Positions 13,535-26,893 of a DNA stretch of 64,000 bases are shown piece by piece. Below the pieces are notes generated by a model. That model did no database searches. It worked only from the letters and a program-made list of their open reading frames with translations, and had not been told where the DNA came from. The DNA is from Octopus vulgaris (lineage: Eukaryota): the NCBI GenBank assembly GCA_951406725.2, contig OX597828.1:7812001-7876000 (forward strand), in the 5' to 3' direction. The first letter of the stretch is position 1, and each line of letters starts with the position of its first letter. The translations under genes were made by a program, and so were the position numbers.

Positions 13535-13970
13535 TGCATGGTCCCGGGTTCAGTCCCAATTGGTGGCACCTTGGGCAAGTGTCTTCTGCTATACCATCAG
13601 GCCAACCAAAGCCTTGTGAGTGACTCTGGTATCCGAAAGCTGGAAGAAGCCCGACTTATATATGTGTGTGTCTGTGTGTGTATGTGTGTGTGCGCTTGCG
13701 TGTATATGTGTATGTGTATATGTATGTATGCGTATGTGTGTATTTGTGTATACGTGTATTTGTGCGTGCGTTCGTACCCCCACCATCAGCTGACAAACGA
13801 TGTTGGTGTGTTTACGTCCCTCCGACTTAGTGGTTCGGCAAGGAAGACCGATAGAATAAGTACTAGGCTTACAAAGAACAATACCTGGGGTCAACTTATT
13901 CGACTACAAATCCTCTAAGGCGGTGCTCCAGATAGCCACAGTAAAATGACTGAAACAAATAAAAGAATAA
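13535..13970 (+). mobile_element. SINE family A
   Basis: ggcaccttgggcaagtgtcttct core and conserved 3' half. Confidence 0.9.
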
Positions 13971-14134
13971 AACACACACACACACACGCACACACACGCA
14001 AACACACAAGCAAACATACTCGATGTAGAGACATGTATGTTTGCTTACGGAAACATGCAGACACGTACAAAAGCAATAAAACATTATTAGATGCATACAT
14101 TTACGTATCATTCTATATGTATAAACCGCAAAGG

Positions 14135-14345
14135 AAACCTTCTAAGTCCTCACTCGGCCTGCTGGAAACATCAACAAAGTACCCTTGAAATCACCCCACA
14201 CACTCTTAAAATGGACACACGGAAAAAAATGTAGTTCTGTATTCTTTTCACATAAGGAAAAGACAGGATGTGTAAAGCTGGAATGCCTTTGATCCTGGGA
14301 ATAACCGATTGAGGCAGACATGGGGTTAAGCAAAAAAAAACAACA
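14135..14345 (+). mobile_element. Probable old SINE-like repeat (third family), 3' part
   Basis: Weak similarity to 62610-62860 and to the reverse complement of 60000-60170; ends ggggttaagcaaa..caac. Confidence 0.35.
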
Positions 14346-14536
14346 GAAATAAGACAAGCAGGCACTATGCAAACATTGACACGTAATGAGAGATATACGT
14401 GCGTAAATATAGGAACGTATTAATATATATTGATAGATATGTAGCACATACAAGCATATGCATAATCAGGTACAAACATTGAAGCTTGGAGCCACAAAGC
14501 AAACAGTATAAGCAGCGTAATACATACATACATACA

Positions 14537-14591
<55 letters not shown>

Positions 14592-15382
14592 CTTTATATA
14601 TGTGTGGATGTATGCATGTGAACGCGTATTTGTACGTATGTATACATATGTGCGCGTACTTGTGCGTATATGTATATGTGTGTATACATATATATGAACA
14701 TATGCTTATGTTCAGGCATGTATCTATGTGCGTGAATATGTTTGTATTCGCATATTTCCATTTAGGCATTTCCATTTATATTAATAAGCATATTAATATA
14801 CTTAACTATAACATGACACGAGCACACATCCATTCATATACATGTATACATACAGACACACGTACATTCATATATATATATACTTACACACACACATACA
14901 CACATATATAAATAATATGTGTGTGTGTGTGTGGGGTGTATTTATAATCATACGGAGAACTTATACATTCCTGGACGAATATGTTTGTGTGCATAGAACA
15001 TGCGCATACATCCGCAAACATAGTGGCATATACGTTTCACATGGATACAGAATCATAGATAAAACACACATGCCTCCGCAGTTGGATGTTCACACCTACC
15101 CACACATGCCTTCTTCCTATGGACACCTGCATTCCTAGAAATTCAGTTATATAATTATATACAAACAAATCCACACAAGCATATATATACATATATACAC
15201 ATACATATAACTATATATATGACTATATATATAGTTATATGTATGTGTATATATGTATATATGTATATATATATGCATATATGTATATATATATATATTT
15301 ATAGTCATATATATAGTTATATGTATGTGTATATATGTATATATGTATATATGTATATATATACATATATATATATTTATAT

Positions 15383-15423
<41 letters not shown>

Positions 15424-16383
15424 CAGACAGACACACACATATTACACGTCAATGTCCACAGGCATTGCTACATATGTAGGCCAGTGCATGCAAACATGCA
15501 TCACATTAGCACACATGCATGCGTGATTAATCATGCATACGTATGCATAAACACACACACACACATGCATATACAAATGCGCACACACATATACACAAAC
15601 GTATATGAGTGTACATCACGCATCACACATCCGTACGTAGAAAGACACTCATATGTTATCAGGAGAAAGACGTACGCGCAGTCACGTAATATAAAACATA
15701 AGAACAACTGCGCTCGGAAGCTTAAGGATATATGAGTATGAACTCGGTGTATGTTTATGCATATGCTAAATACATCGAAGCCCCGACTTTCCCGCTGAGT
15801 TTCCCTCGTCCTAAATCCTTGTACTAAACAGCATGTACAGAATCGCTTCCAGAAGGGTGCCTCTGTTTCAGATTGACTTCCGGTACATGTTTTTTCCCCC
15901 CACTCCATCTTAACAGCAGTTAACCTGCAGCCGCTTAAAGGAAAAGCCTTAATAACATCAAACTCGTCTAACCTTTTATTTACATTCAACATTTTTTTCT
16001 CATTTCATAAAGGTTTATTTTACAGGCTACCGACTTTGGTTGTTGTTTACTGGTTTTGGCTATAAAAAAGACGTTCGCATCTGTTAGCCTCATGCTCCTT
16101 CCTATTTCTATCACTCCTCTCCCCTCTCTCTTTCTCTTTCGGTAATTATTACTTTACTACAAATATGCATAGAAGACTTTTTCCATCTATACATCTAAAT
16201 ATGACCTTATGCAGAAACATTTCCATTCATACATCTACAATTTTTTTTTCCAATTTCAGTCTCAATATTTATGGATAAAAAAAAATACACACAGATAGAG
16301 TAATCTTAGCATAACCTTAATCTCATAAAGTATAAGAAATAGGCACATGCATACATACATACATACATACATACATACATACA

Positions 16384-16419
<36 letters not shown>

Positions 16420-16737
16420 TATATATTATATTATATATATAAAGTGAAAGGGGAGAAGAAACAAAACACGCTTTCTAATCTGTCGGTATATATATGTATA
16501 GACATACACACACACCCAAACATAAATACCTATCTACATACACGAATACGTGCGTACACACATCTTAATGTTTCTCTTTCATACTTATGCAGAGTACGAA
16601 TTTATTAATCTTATGCAAGAACGCTTTTGACAGCGACTTCGAAGACACTGTCAACAACATTCTTTTGGTTGTGTGTTTACAGGCACACACATTCACACAC
16701 ACACACAAATGCACACAAGCACACACAAACGCACACA

Positions 16738-16779
<42 letters not shown>

Positions 16780-17005
16780 TGCAAACATACACACACCATT
16801 CTTTGGAAAGTGAATTATTTTCGACACATATTTTAGAAATAGCATTACAATGCTGGAAAATGTTGTCCTCTTTCGTAGTAAGAATGCCATCTATCTAAGA
16901 ATACCGATGGATGTTGGATCTTCGGAAAACTCACGATAAAGGTTTGGTGACAGGAAGAATATGGAAGATGGAGCTATTTAGTTCGAATTACAAAATATAT
17001 TATAT

Positions 17006-17072
<67 letters not shown>

Positions 17073-17123
17073 TCATGGCCCTATAACCCACGATTAGTCA
17101 AGAAAGAAGACGAACAGATAAAT

Positions 17124-17124
17124 T

Positions 17125-17202
<78 letters not shown>
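17124..17202. repeat. (TAGA)n microsatellite
   Basis: Directly visible. Confidence 0.98.
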
Positions 17203-17500
17203 ACATTCTTAAGTACGAAAATGCCCGGCTATGGAAAATAAAGAAGGTGAAGATAGTGCGCATGGTTGTTAGGGCCTTGGAAACATCAAGAGGAATATAA
17301 AGGAAACTGGAATAGAATGGCCAGTAGGACTGTTACCATAGGTTTTCCGCCTTGGCACGGCCAGAATAATTAACAGAATATTTAGATAGCTGAAAAGAAT
17401 GAATTGCATAGCATCGTAAGCTGCAGGTAGTAAGCTCGTTACGCATGCAAGACTCCAGGAGCTCCAACATAACGTGTGATAAAGAGATGATAATAATAAT
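17203..17500 (+). mobile_element. 5'-truncated R4/Dong-clade non-LTR retrotransposon (restriction-like endonuclease C-terminus)
   Basis: LKYENARLWKIKKVKIVRMVVRALET...LGTARIINRIF, followed by a 3'UTR and (TAA)n. Confidence 0.75.
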
Positions 17501-17722
17501 TATAATGCCCTGATGCAAACCAGGCACTGGCTCTAATAGCTTCTGATCTTAACTACTTGGAAGCATACATTATTTTGTCTTGGTATAAAAGATGGGCTAC
17601 AACAAATATTCTGCTCAGTACCAGAGAATATTACAGTTCTATATTTATGTGTTGAGGAATTATGTACATTATTTACATTATTTACATTTCACGGATATTT
17701 GTCCTCATCTTGTTTGTTCTTC

Positions 17723-17765
17723 ACACAAATTTCGGTTGATATACACACCAGCCTTCATCAGGTGT
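17723..17765 (-). ncRNA. Hammerhead motif, family H2, helix III degenerate
   Basis: Reverse complement reads acac-CTGATGA-a-ggctg..caacc-GAAA-ttt-gtgt. Confidence 0.5.
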
Positions 17766-17812
17766 CTTGGGGAAATTTCAAACATGGGTTCTCATTCTTA
17801 AGGTATTTTTCG

Positions 17813-18184
<372 letters not shown>

Positions 18185-18232
18185 TTAGAAAATACCTAAG
18201 GAACAGGAACCCAGGTTCGAAATTTCCCCAAG

Positions 18233-18276
18233 ACTCCTGATGAAGGCTGGCGGGTATATCAGTCGAAACGTTGTTT
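18233..18276 (+). ncRNA. Hammerhead motif, family H2, core intact, stem I weakened
   Basis: actc-CTGATGA-a-ggctg..cagtc-GAAA-cg-TT-gttt. Confidence 0.6.
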
Positions 18277-19428
18277 TAACAACAAACAAGATGAGGACAA
18301 ATATCCGTCAAATGTAAATAATGTAAATAATGTACCACAGAATATGTTTGTTAGCTGTTTGACTTTAACCAGTTGAGCATGTCCTTTGGTGACTGATGAT
18401 TTGTGCATCTCTGATAACGAGCAGAAGTAGTAATAATAATAGCCATAATAATAATAGAGGAATTCTTTGAAGTTTAAATGATACACCTCTGGAAACATTT
18501 GTGTTTCATTCAAAATCCTTAAAGAACCCGTATCCAAGGACCATTTGAGCGGGATGGGCTACACGACCTGACGAAAATTCTAAATGGGCTCCACCTGCAA
18601 GGTCATGTGCTGTTTATCTCGATATGAGATCACCATATCGCGCACATGTAGTTGTGATGCATGTGCCTGGTGTACCCTTATCAGACGGGTAGTCACGATG
18701 GGTATACTGGGGTTCATATACATTACCCCAGTGTCACTTTGACGGCATGCACTGTTCTCTCACCCAATAATAATAATAAAAATTAAAATGTCAAATATTT
18801 TGGCGCGTGACTTTTGGCCCACTCTCTTTATATGAATATTGATATACACACGCGTGTGTGAGTGTAAGTATCCATTTGTGTTTATAAATATATATATATA
18901 TCTGTGTGTGGGTGTGTGTAGGGGGCAATGCTTTCATGCTATACACATCTAGGTGTATGTACCTTCGTGTGAATGCACTAACTCATCACTCGAATGGAAC
19001 AGAGAGAATGGAAAGGTAAGTTTAATATAAACGCAGAGAAGAAGGAAAGAGAAAAAGCGAGAGGGTGTAAGGGACGAAGGAAGAGAATGAAAAACAGAGA
19101 GAAAAGCAATGATTGAATGTGATAGGTGTAAGAAAAAGACAAAATCATCTGAACAGTACATTTCTCCGTTCATGAAGGTGACAGACATACGATACGCGTG
19201 CGCGCGCACAAACATAGATACAGTTATAGGAGATGCCTACAACCCTATATGACCATGTATATATACATATATATATATGAGTATATATATATATTTATAT
19301 ATATATATATAGTATATATACGTATATGTATATTATGTATAATATATATATGTTTTTGTATTTATGTACGTATGCATATTTTCACAGAGGCGCACTATAC
19401 ATATATGTATATATGTATATTTATATAC

Positions 19429-19510
<82 letters not shown>

Positions 19511-20269
19511 GTATGTATATATATATATATGTGTATATATATATATGCATGTATGTATGTATGTATCAACAAGTCTCGGTCCCGACTGTCAGAGTTGTGG
19601 CCCGTTGACGTTGATCCGTGTCTCCTGTCACCCAATCATTTAGTCTATTCATTTATAATTGGACAGGTGCAAGGAAGATTTCCGTTGTTGCTTTATTATG
19701 TTATGTAGTCCCATCCCCCATATCCGTATTGTTGTAAATACCCACAGGCATGTATTGTAAGATGAAATGAAATACAGTAATAGTGAGAGAGAGAGAGGGC
19801 AAAAAGTGGGAAAAAGTTCGTAAAAAGAAGCAAAAATAATGAATCGCATTTGTTTTCCCTTGTTTGTTTTTTTATTTTTTTTTAGTCTTTAAAGTCAGTT
19901 TTCAATAGATTAAGTCATTCATGTTGAGCTTAGTTTGCGATGAAGCTTTTAAATGATTAAGACGTTATTTGCTACTTTATTCTTTTTAAGAGATAACTAT
20001 TAAACCGGTCGATAGAATCCTAAAGAATGAGCGAAGAGAGATGGTAGGTGAGAGAGAGAGACTGAGAATAGGATAGAAAGAGTGAGATATATAGAGATAG
20101 AGAGAGAGGGAGGAGAGAGAGTAAAAGAGAGAAATGGAGTGACAAAGATATTTGTGGTTCGATTTATATTGATTTCTTTCAAAGGCACACTGCCTAATAT
20201 CTGAAGTAAATAAGCACTCCATTAAATTCTCTTCCTCATTTGTTGTACTAGATCTGACCCTTCGGCGGC

Positions 20270-20345
20270 ATTTGAACTTAGAACGTTAAGAGTCGAAAAC
20301 AATGCCGTAAGACATTTTGTCCGAGGCTCTAAAGATTATTCTCTG
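20270..20345 (-). mobile_element. SINE family B fragment
   Basis: cggcggcatttgaacttagaacgt matches the family B box-B region. Confidence 0.6.
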
Positions 20346-21032
20346 CTGAAGATATTTAATATCACCAGATTCATTTGATTAAACAGTAAATATAAATAGC
20401 ACTCCACTCAAGAGAAATTACTGGTCAACTGAGGTGAAAAAAAAAAACAAAACCATAAAACAAGACAAAAAAAAAAGAAAAAAATAATACTTCATAATTT
20501 TGTAACACATTCGTATGCTGCTGTGTGATGAGAACCCTGATCTCTTGCACATGATTGTTTTTAGTTGCAAGTAAGATTTTCATTCTGCCGAAAACGATTT
20601 TAATCACCGAGTCAAATTGATTCGTCTCGCATATGTGTGTGTATGTGTGTGTTTGTGCGAGTATGTCTACATACATATGCATATATATAGGCCGTAACAA
20701 GTCAGGAGATATGAGAGGTTAATATATTTATTTAACCTCTCGATATTCGTAAGATTATGGTTGTCTCGCAGCCTTCATCATGAAAAAAAATTAGGTATAA
20801 TGAATTAGTTTACATACCATCACCAACATGCACGCCCCACATTGCATTGTAGAAGGATTGGGATAACCATAATGTTCTGGTGATCTGAAGGGTTACTCTT
20901 CTATACTTGTCTTGATTGTTTTTTTCTTCAATTTCGGCAATCATAATTTCGACAATCATAATTTTCAGTGTGCAGCATGCATGTTGGTGCAGGCATATAA
21001 AATAATATATTATACACTGAAATTATTATTAC

Positions 21033-21421
21033 ACTAGCAGTATCGCCCGGTGTTGCTCAGGTTTGTAAGGGAAATAACTATAAAGCATTTTTAGAGAGTT
21101 ATAGCCAAAAAATAGCCAAAAAGTGGGGGGGAAATGATGGTAATTTTTTTTTTTTGAGAGTTAAAAAGGTCGAGTTGCGTCCCCTAGACAGTCTGTGGTT
21201 TGTGTTTCTGATTCTCGACCCCATGTCGAATTTATCGATTTTTTTCAGAACTGGGGGAACTTTTCAAAATTTCCGCTGCGTTAGTTTTGAATTATGACAT
21301 TGGGCTATGTGTGTGTCAAGTTTCATCAGAATCGGTTGAAAGCCGTGGTCAGGGTGAGGGTACAACCTAACAGACACACAGAAACACACACAGACAAACT
21401 GCCGTTTATATAGAGAGAGAT
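21033..21421 (+). mobile_element. Helentron/HINE-like non-autonomous element
   Basis: actagcagtatcgcccggtgttgctc start; aagtttcatcagaatcggttga motif; cagaca repeats; tttatatagagagagat end. Confidence 0.65.
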
Positions 21422-21460
21422 GATGAAGGCTACAAAACAACCGTGTGGTGAGATAGATAT

Positions 21461-21906
21461 GGATCTTTTCGGTTTGAACGGCAGTTTTTTCTAGCAGTGT
21501 CATATGCAATTGTCACCCATAATCACGACCCTAGTATCGATCTATTGCATTTCAATCTGTTTTGGGGTTAGGGTTAGTTAGGGTTATGGGCGGGGGCAGG
21601 GTTAGGGGTGGTGGGAAGGGTATCTTTTTTTCTTCACAAATGTAAATAAACCCAATCTGTTTCTTAAACGAGGGAATATTCATACGGCACAGAATGTTTT
21701 TTTTACCTCAGTAAACGTCAGTAACTGGTTGAAATTGTAGAAATTGAAGAAAAAAAACAACAAATATCTTACAAACTATAGAATTTTCTCAATAAAGCCA
21801 AGAGGAAAATATGTTTTATAAACACATTCTACAAGTATACGAAGTTTAAAAGTTTTTAGTTACCTAGAAATTATGTTAAAAACTGTCGTTCAAACCGAAA
21901 AGATCC
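21461..21906. mobile_element. MITE with 29-bp TIRs, 7-bp TSD and internal TTAGGG-like units
   Basis: ggatcttttcggtttgaacggcagttttt / aaaaactgtcgttcaaaccgaaaagatcc; tagatat on both sides. Confidence 0.92.
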
Positions 21907-22107
21907 TAGATATGTTCACTTCTCATACCTCTTAACTTTTAATGGTCTATATACACCAGATTCAAGAATGTCATACATTGGATCTCCTGGATACATATAC
22001 ATAATACTCTTCCGTATTGGATTAGTTTGTAACCGGGCCTACAAGATGAGCCTTCTGTGAACACCAGAGGATTCTTTGAATTCAGTATATTGGACTACTA
22101 ATTTCTT

Positions 22108-22108
<1 letters not shown>

Positions 22109-22166
<58 letters not shown>

Positions 22167-22192
22167 GTCTATCTATCTATATATCTATCTAT
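22109..22192. repeat. (TCTA)n microsatellite
   Basis: Directly visible. Confidence 0.97.
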
Positions 22193-22570
22193 GAAAAACT
22201 AAGCTAAGAGCATTAGATTTCTTGGAAGAAAGCAGCGAATTATACAAAAACAAGGACGAAAAAAAAAACCCCGGACAATGTTACACAAGTAAAGTAAAAA
22301 TAATAACAGGACATAACAACAGGTGTCTTTCAACTAAGGACGAATTAAATTTAGCTGGCGTGTGTGGAAATGAAGCATTACGGCAGAGATACAAGATATC
22401 ACAAACACAGGGAGGAATATCAATGTTGCACGGACAACGGCCAAACCAAGAAAGAAAGACCACGCCGGTCACGTGGGAAGAGAAGAGGGAGAAATAGAAG
22501 CAGAGGGACAGAAGAATTAAGGAGGGGCGAGAAAAAATGACGGGGTCACAGTGAAGTGAATAGTGGAGGG
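22193..22570 (-). mobile_element. Unclassified dispersed repeat (family U, possibly Penelope-like 3' region)
   Basis: Reverse complement matches 44385-44630 (aatttaattcgtcct.agt.gaaagacacctgttg, ttcgctgctttct.ccaagaaatctaat). Confidence 0.75.
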
Positions 22571-22599
22571 AAAGTAAATATATAAATATATATATATAT

Positions 22600-22602
22600 A
22601 AA

Positions 22603-22633
<31 letters not shown>

Positions 22634-22852
22634 CTGTGTTTGGTGTGTGTTTGTCCCAATCCACAATCGTTTGACAACCAATGTTGGTGTGTTTAAGGCT
22701 TGTAACTTAACAGTTCGACAAAAGAAAACGATAAAATAAGTACTAGGTTTACAAAAAATTAAGTTCTGGTGTCGATATGTTCCACAAACACACAAACGCC
22801 TCTTATGGTGGTGCTCAGGATGGCCGCAGTTAAATGAATGAAACAAGTACTA
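22600..22852 (+). mobile_element. SINE family A, 3' half
   Basis: ttgacaaccaatgttggtgtgttt...gataaaataagtactagg...tggccgcagttaaatga. Confidence 0.85.
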
Positions 22853-23140
22853 GAATAATTGAGTATATATGTATTACCTTCGAAACACGGAGTAGACGAA
22901 GCAGGGGCAGCTGAAGAAGGGGAATATTCCTTGTGTTGTATGTCTCGTACGTTGTTTTTTCGTTGTTTGAAAAAGTCCATTTCCATGTTTTTGTTTTTAT
23001 GTTTTCGTTTCTCATTGTGTTCTGCAATTTTTTGTGTGTCCTGTACACATATATGCATGTATATATACATATTGATGTAGGTATGTACATATATGTATGT
23101 ATATATGCATATGTTTTATTTATTATTTTGTTATTATATA

Positions 23141-23297
23141 TGTGGCTGTGTGGTAAGTAGTTTGTCTACCAACCACATGGTTCCGGGTTCAGTCCCACTG
23201 CGTGGCACCTTGGGCAAGTGTCTTCTACTATAGCCTCGGGACGACCAAAGCCTTGTGAGTGGATTTGGTAGATGGAAACTGAAAGAAGCCCGTCGTA

Positions 23298-23355
<58 letters not shown>

Positions 23356-23502
23356 GGTCCCGGGTTGAGTCGGGGTTAACCACAGTAAATAAGGTACTCA
23401 ATACATAGCAGAGTAAATTAATTTATTTTATAGAAGGAGCTTCTACAGGACTAGAACTGTTTCATGAAACAGTTCTAGTCCTGTAGAAGCTCCTTCTATA
23501 AA

Positions 23503-23550
<48 letters not shown>

Positions 23551-23770
23551 GAATGTGTGTGTGTTTGTGTGTCTGTGTTTGTACCCCTAGCATTGCTTGA
23601 CAACCGATGCTGGTGTGTTTATGTTCCCGTCACTTAGCGGTTCGGCAAAACAGACCGATAGAATAAGTACTGGGCTTACAAAGAATAAGTGCCGGGGTCG
23701 AGTTGCTCGATTAAAGGCGGTGCTCCAGCATGACCGCACTCAAATGACTGAAACATTTAAAAGAATAAAA
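23141..23770 (+). mobile_element. SINE family A with an insertion in its internal (TA)n
   Basis: High identity to 26894-27318. Confidence 0.93.
23421..23508. repeat. Perfect 88-bp palindrome (44-bp arms, no spacer) within insertion 23352-23508
   Basis: atttattttatagaaggagcttctacaggactagaactgtttca|tgaaacagttctagtcctgtagaagctccttctataaaataaat. Confidence 0.97.
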
Positions 23771-24945
23771 AAAAAGAGTATATATGTATGTGTGCGTGTG
23801 TTTATTTGTGTGACTGAGTGCAGAATGTGAGACATTTTGTATACAAAGTGTACACAATAATTTCTTCATTCTTTTACTTGCTTCCGTCATTGGCCTGCGG
23901 CCATGTGTATATTCATATATGCATGCTTATATATATATGCATGCATATATACACGCAATCACACACGCTCTCACAGGCACACACTCACACATGCACGCAC
24001 ACTCATAAACACCAACACACGCATACACACAAATATATAGTTTAGAGTTCTACTTCCTGCTTCCAGTAGTCTGCGGCCGTCCTCGAATACAGCCTTCAAG
24101 TCGATGATATTGACTCGAATACTTATTTCAGTCTAAGACATTTTTTATCGATTTTCATTTGTCAAGTAGCTAAGTTACCATTTCGAAATAAAGCAGGTGT
24201 CTGGTGGCTTTGTATTTAAGCAAAAGCAGCAGTGATGTGTCAAATACAGAGACACTGACGCAGACATTGACATGAACACAAGCTTAAACACACAGATACA
24301 CACATAAACAAAGTCATATGCACATGCGCACACGCACGTATACTAGAAGGTATTAGTTAACCCAAATTTATAGAAGACAATTGAACAGTGTGACTGTGGA
24401 GATGGTCACATCTGGACCACTGGGGGGTGGGAGTGGGGGTGCAAATGGAACTTCTCACCACGCATTCATGTAAGGACACACACACGCACATACACACACT
24501 CGCACGCACACGCAGACACAAAGAGACACACACACAAACACATACACTACACACATACAAACACGCATGCTTACACAGATACACCCACACGCGCGCACAC
24601 ACAGGTATACACACATGCACACACGCATACACATACAAACACACATACACATACACACATACCTAGCTTGGCATGTAATTTGATGCCAGAAACTGAAAAT
24701 ATTATATCGGGGAAGAACCGATTTAAACATAAGAACACAGCAAAAAATTGCTAAATTCATTATTCATTTATTTCTTGATTTATGAAAATTTCACTCATTC
24801 ATCTGTGTCGCAGTCAATGTCACAGCTTTATTACAACAGGTGACAACAGGTTAGTGTCAGGTTTGAAAGGCCAAACCGAGTTTTCTTTCTTTTCTCTTTT
24901 TGTCTGTTATTGAATTTTAGCAACGTACAACTTTATTGTTTAGAC

Positions 24946-25555
24946 CAAAAAGTTCTAACTTTTTGGGTTACAGCCTCCCCACCTCTTGGCCACATAATAC
25001 CTATTTCTTTACTACCCACAATGGGCTAAACACAGAGAGGGCAAACAAGGACAGACAAACGGATTAAGTCGATTACATCGTCCCCAGTGCGTAACTGGTA
25101 CTTAATTTATCGACCCCGAAAGGATGAAACGCAAAGTCGACCTCGGCGGAATTTGAACTCAGAACGTAACAGTAGACGAAATACGGCTACGCATTTCGCC
25201 CGGCGTGCTAACGTTTCTGCCAGCTCGCCGCTTTGATAATACCCTTATAATGGCCACATAATACCCTCAGCACTCCACCGCTATCTTTATGTGTAAAGAA
25301 ATATTTTATATTTTACTAATTTATATATGTTATGAATCATTTGATATTTAATATAATATTATACGATTTGTATATAATACTATAATAATATTATAAGTTC
25401 ATAGCATCCCCCAGAGCACTGCCTTCCTCCCAATGCCTCCCTTTTCTCTACCACCCACCTCCAAATACACTGCCCCTCTTAGACACCAGCGCCCACCTAG
25501 ACCCTCTCAACGCCCACCGGGGGGGGGGGGGCAGCGCTCAATTTGAGAACCTGTG
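24946..25555. mobile_element. hAT (Charlie/Buster-type) MITE
   Basis: 8-bp TSD gtttagac at 24938-24945 and 25556-25563; degenerate CA...TG TIRs (caaaaagttctaa / tttgagaacctgtg). Confidence 0.8.
25002..25233 (-). mobile_element. SINE family B (tRNA head, Meta-domain-like) nested in the hAT MITE
   Basis: Reverse complement has gcggcgagctggcagaaacgttagc, gagttcaaattcc and tttcatcctttcggggtcgataaattaagtacc; 15-bp TSD tggccacataatacc at 24987-25001 and 25251-25265. Confidence 0.92.
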
Positions 25556-25629
25556 GTTTAGACATTCGTCGCCCTAAGTTCAATTTTCAACTCCTCTCTG
25601 TCTCTATCTGTCTCTCACTCATATATATC

Positions 25630-25660
<31 letters not shown>

Positions 25661-26120
25661 AATGTGTGTTATTTTGCTTAGGCATAGCGACATCAATAAT
25701 TTGGTTATTAAATCTCGATGTACGTATGCTCCTGGGAAGAGCACCAGTTGAACACAGAGCAGTAATAAGGAATGAAGTAAATGACAAAAGAATCAGAAAT
25801 TATATCGTGAACTCCATTAGCTCACAGCTACAAGTGTTTCCATTTTAAAATGCAAGGCACTCGTAATTGAATGCTTGTGCATTAAGTCTAGCTTCAATGG
25901 AGCTTCAAGAATAAAACACGCGCGCACATACACAGATACGCACACACAGATACGTCCGCACACACACACAGTGTTTGAAGTCGTGTACATATTTCATATA
26001 TTATGAAAATGAAGGTAGTCAGGACTTGGATAAAAATAAATACTATTTATTTAGCGCTTTCGTACATTTCAAGGATTCATCATGAATAATTTCTTATAGA
26101 AAATTCATACCTTATTTAGA

Positions 26121-26385
26121 TTATTTACAATTGACGGATATTTGCCCTCATCTTGTTTGTTGTTAATAAAACCTTTCGGCTGATATGCCCTCCAGCCTTC
26201 ATCTGGTGTCTTAGGGAAATTTCGAACCTGAGTTCTCATTCCTAATGTTTGAAATTTCCCCAAGACACCTGATGAAGGCTGGAGGGTATATCAGCCGAAA
26301 CGTTGTGTTAACAACAAACAAGATGAGGACAAATATCCGTCAATTGTAAATAATGTAAATAATGTACATAATTTCTCATCTCTTA
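26121..26385. mobile_element. Fold-back pair of Penelope-like pseudo-LTRs (family H2)
   Basis: 26121-26226 is the reverse complement of 26248-26353; same family as 17632-18331. Confidence 0.85.
26264..26309 (+). ncRNA. Intact minimal type-I hammerhead ribozyme (family H2; GUU triplet 26302-26304)
   Basis: gacac-CTGATGA-a-ggctg gagggtatat cagcc-GAAA-cg-TT-gtgtt; ACGT palindromic helix III. Confidence 0.82.
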
Positions 26386-26498
26386 AATTCATACCTTTTA
26401 TATATATATATGAGTTTGTTGAATTTGTTTCCTTGTGTTTTGGATAGAGGGTGTTTCGGGAGTGGCTATTTTAGATGTTCGTTGCCATTTTCAATTTA

Positions 26499-26563
<65 letters not shown>

Positions 26564-26893
26564 TTATGTATGTGCGTGTAAGCTTGTGTGTAGTGAATTT
26601 TTAAACAAACGAAAGAATGAGAAAGAAAAAAATAGAGATTTTTTCTGGGATGTTTGAAACTGATGAGAAGTCAATTTTTCTTTATTTATGGCAATATATT
26701 TCTTTTAGTTAGTGAATGGCAAAAGTTTTTTGGTTGTCATGTTACCCACCAGGGATCTTTTCGGGCTGGTTGCCAATTTCGAAAATTCAAAGTTTATTGA
26801 AACTTTTAAAATTTGCTACATTAATGTAGTTTTCCTAACTGAATCTCAGGAGATACTTCACTTTTTCCAGAAAAAAAAAAAAATATATATATA

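Noticed and set aside
21563-21616. Interstitial telomere / chromosome fusion scar
   Set aside because: Few degenerate units lying inside a TIR-bounded MITE
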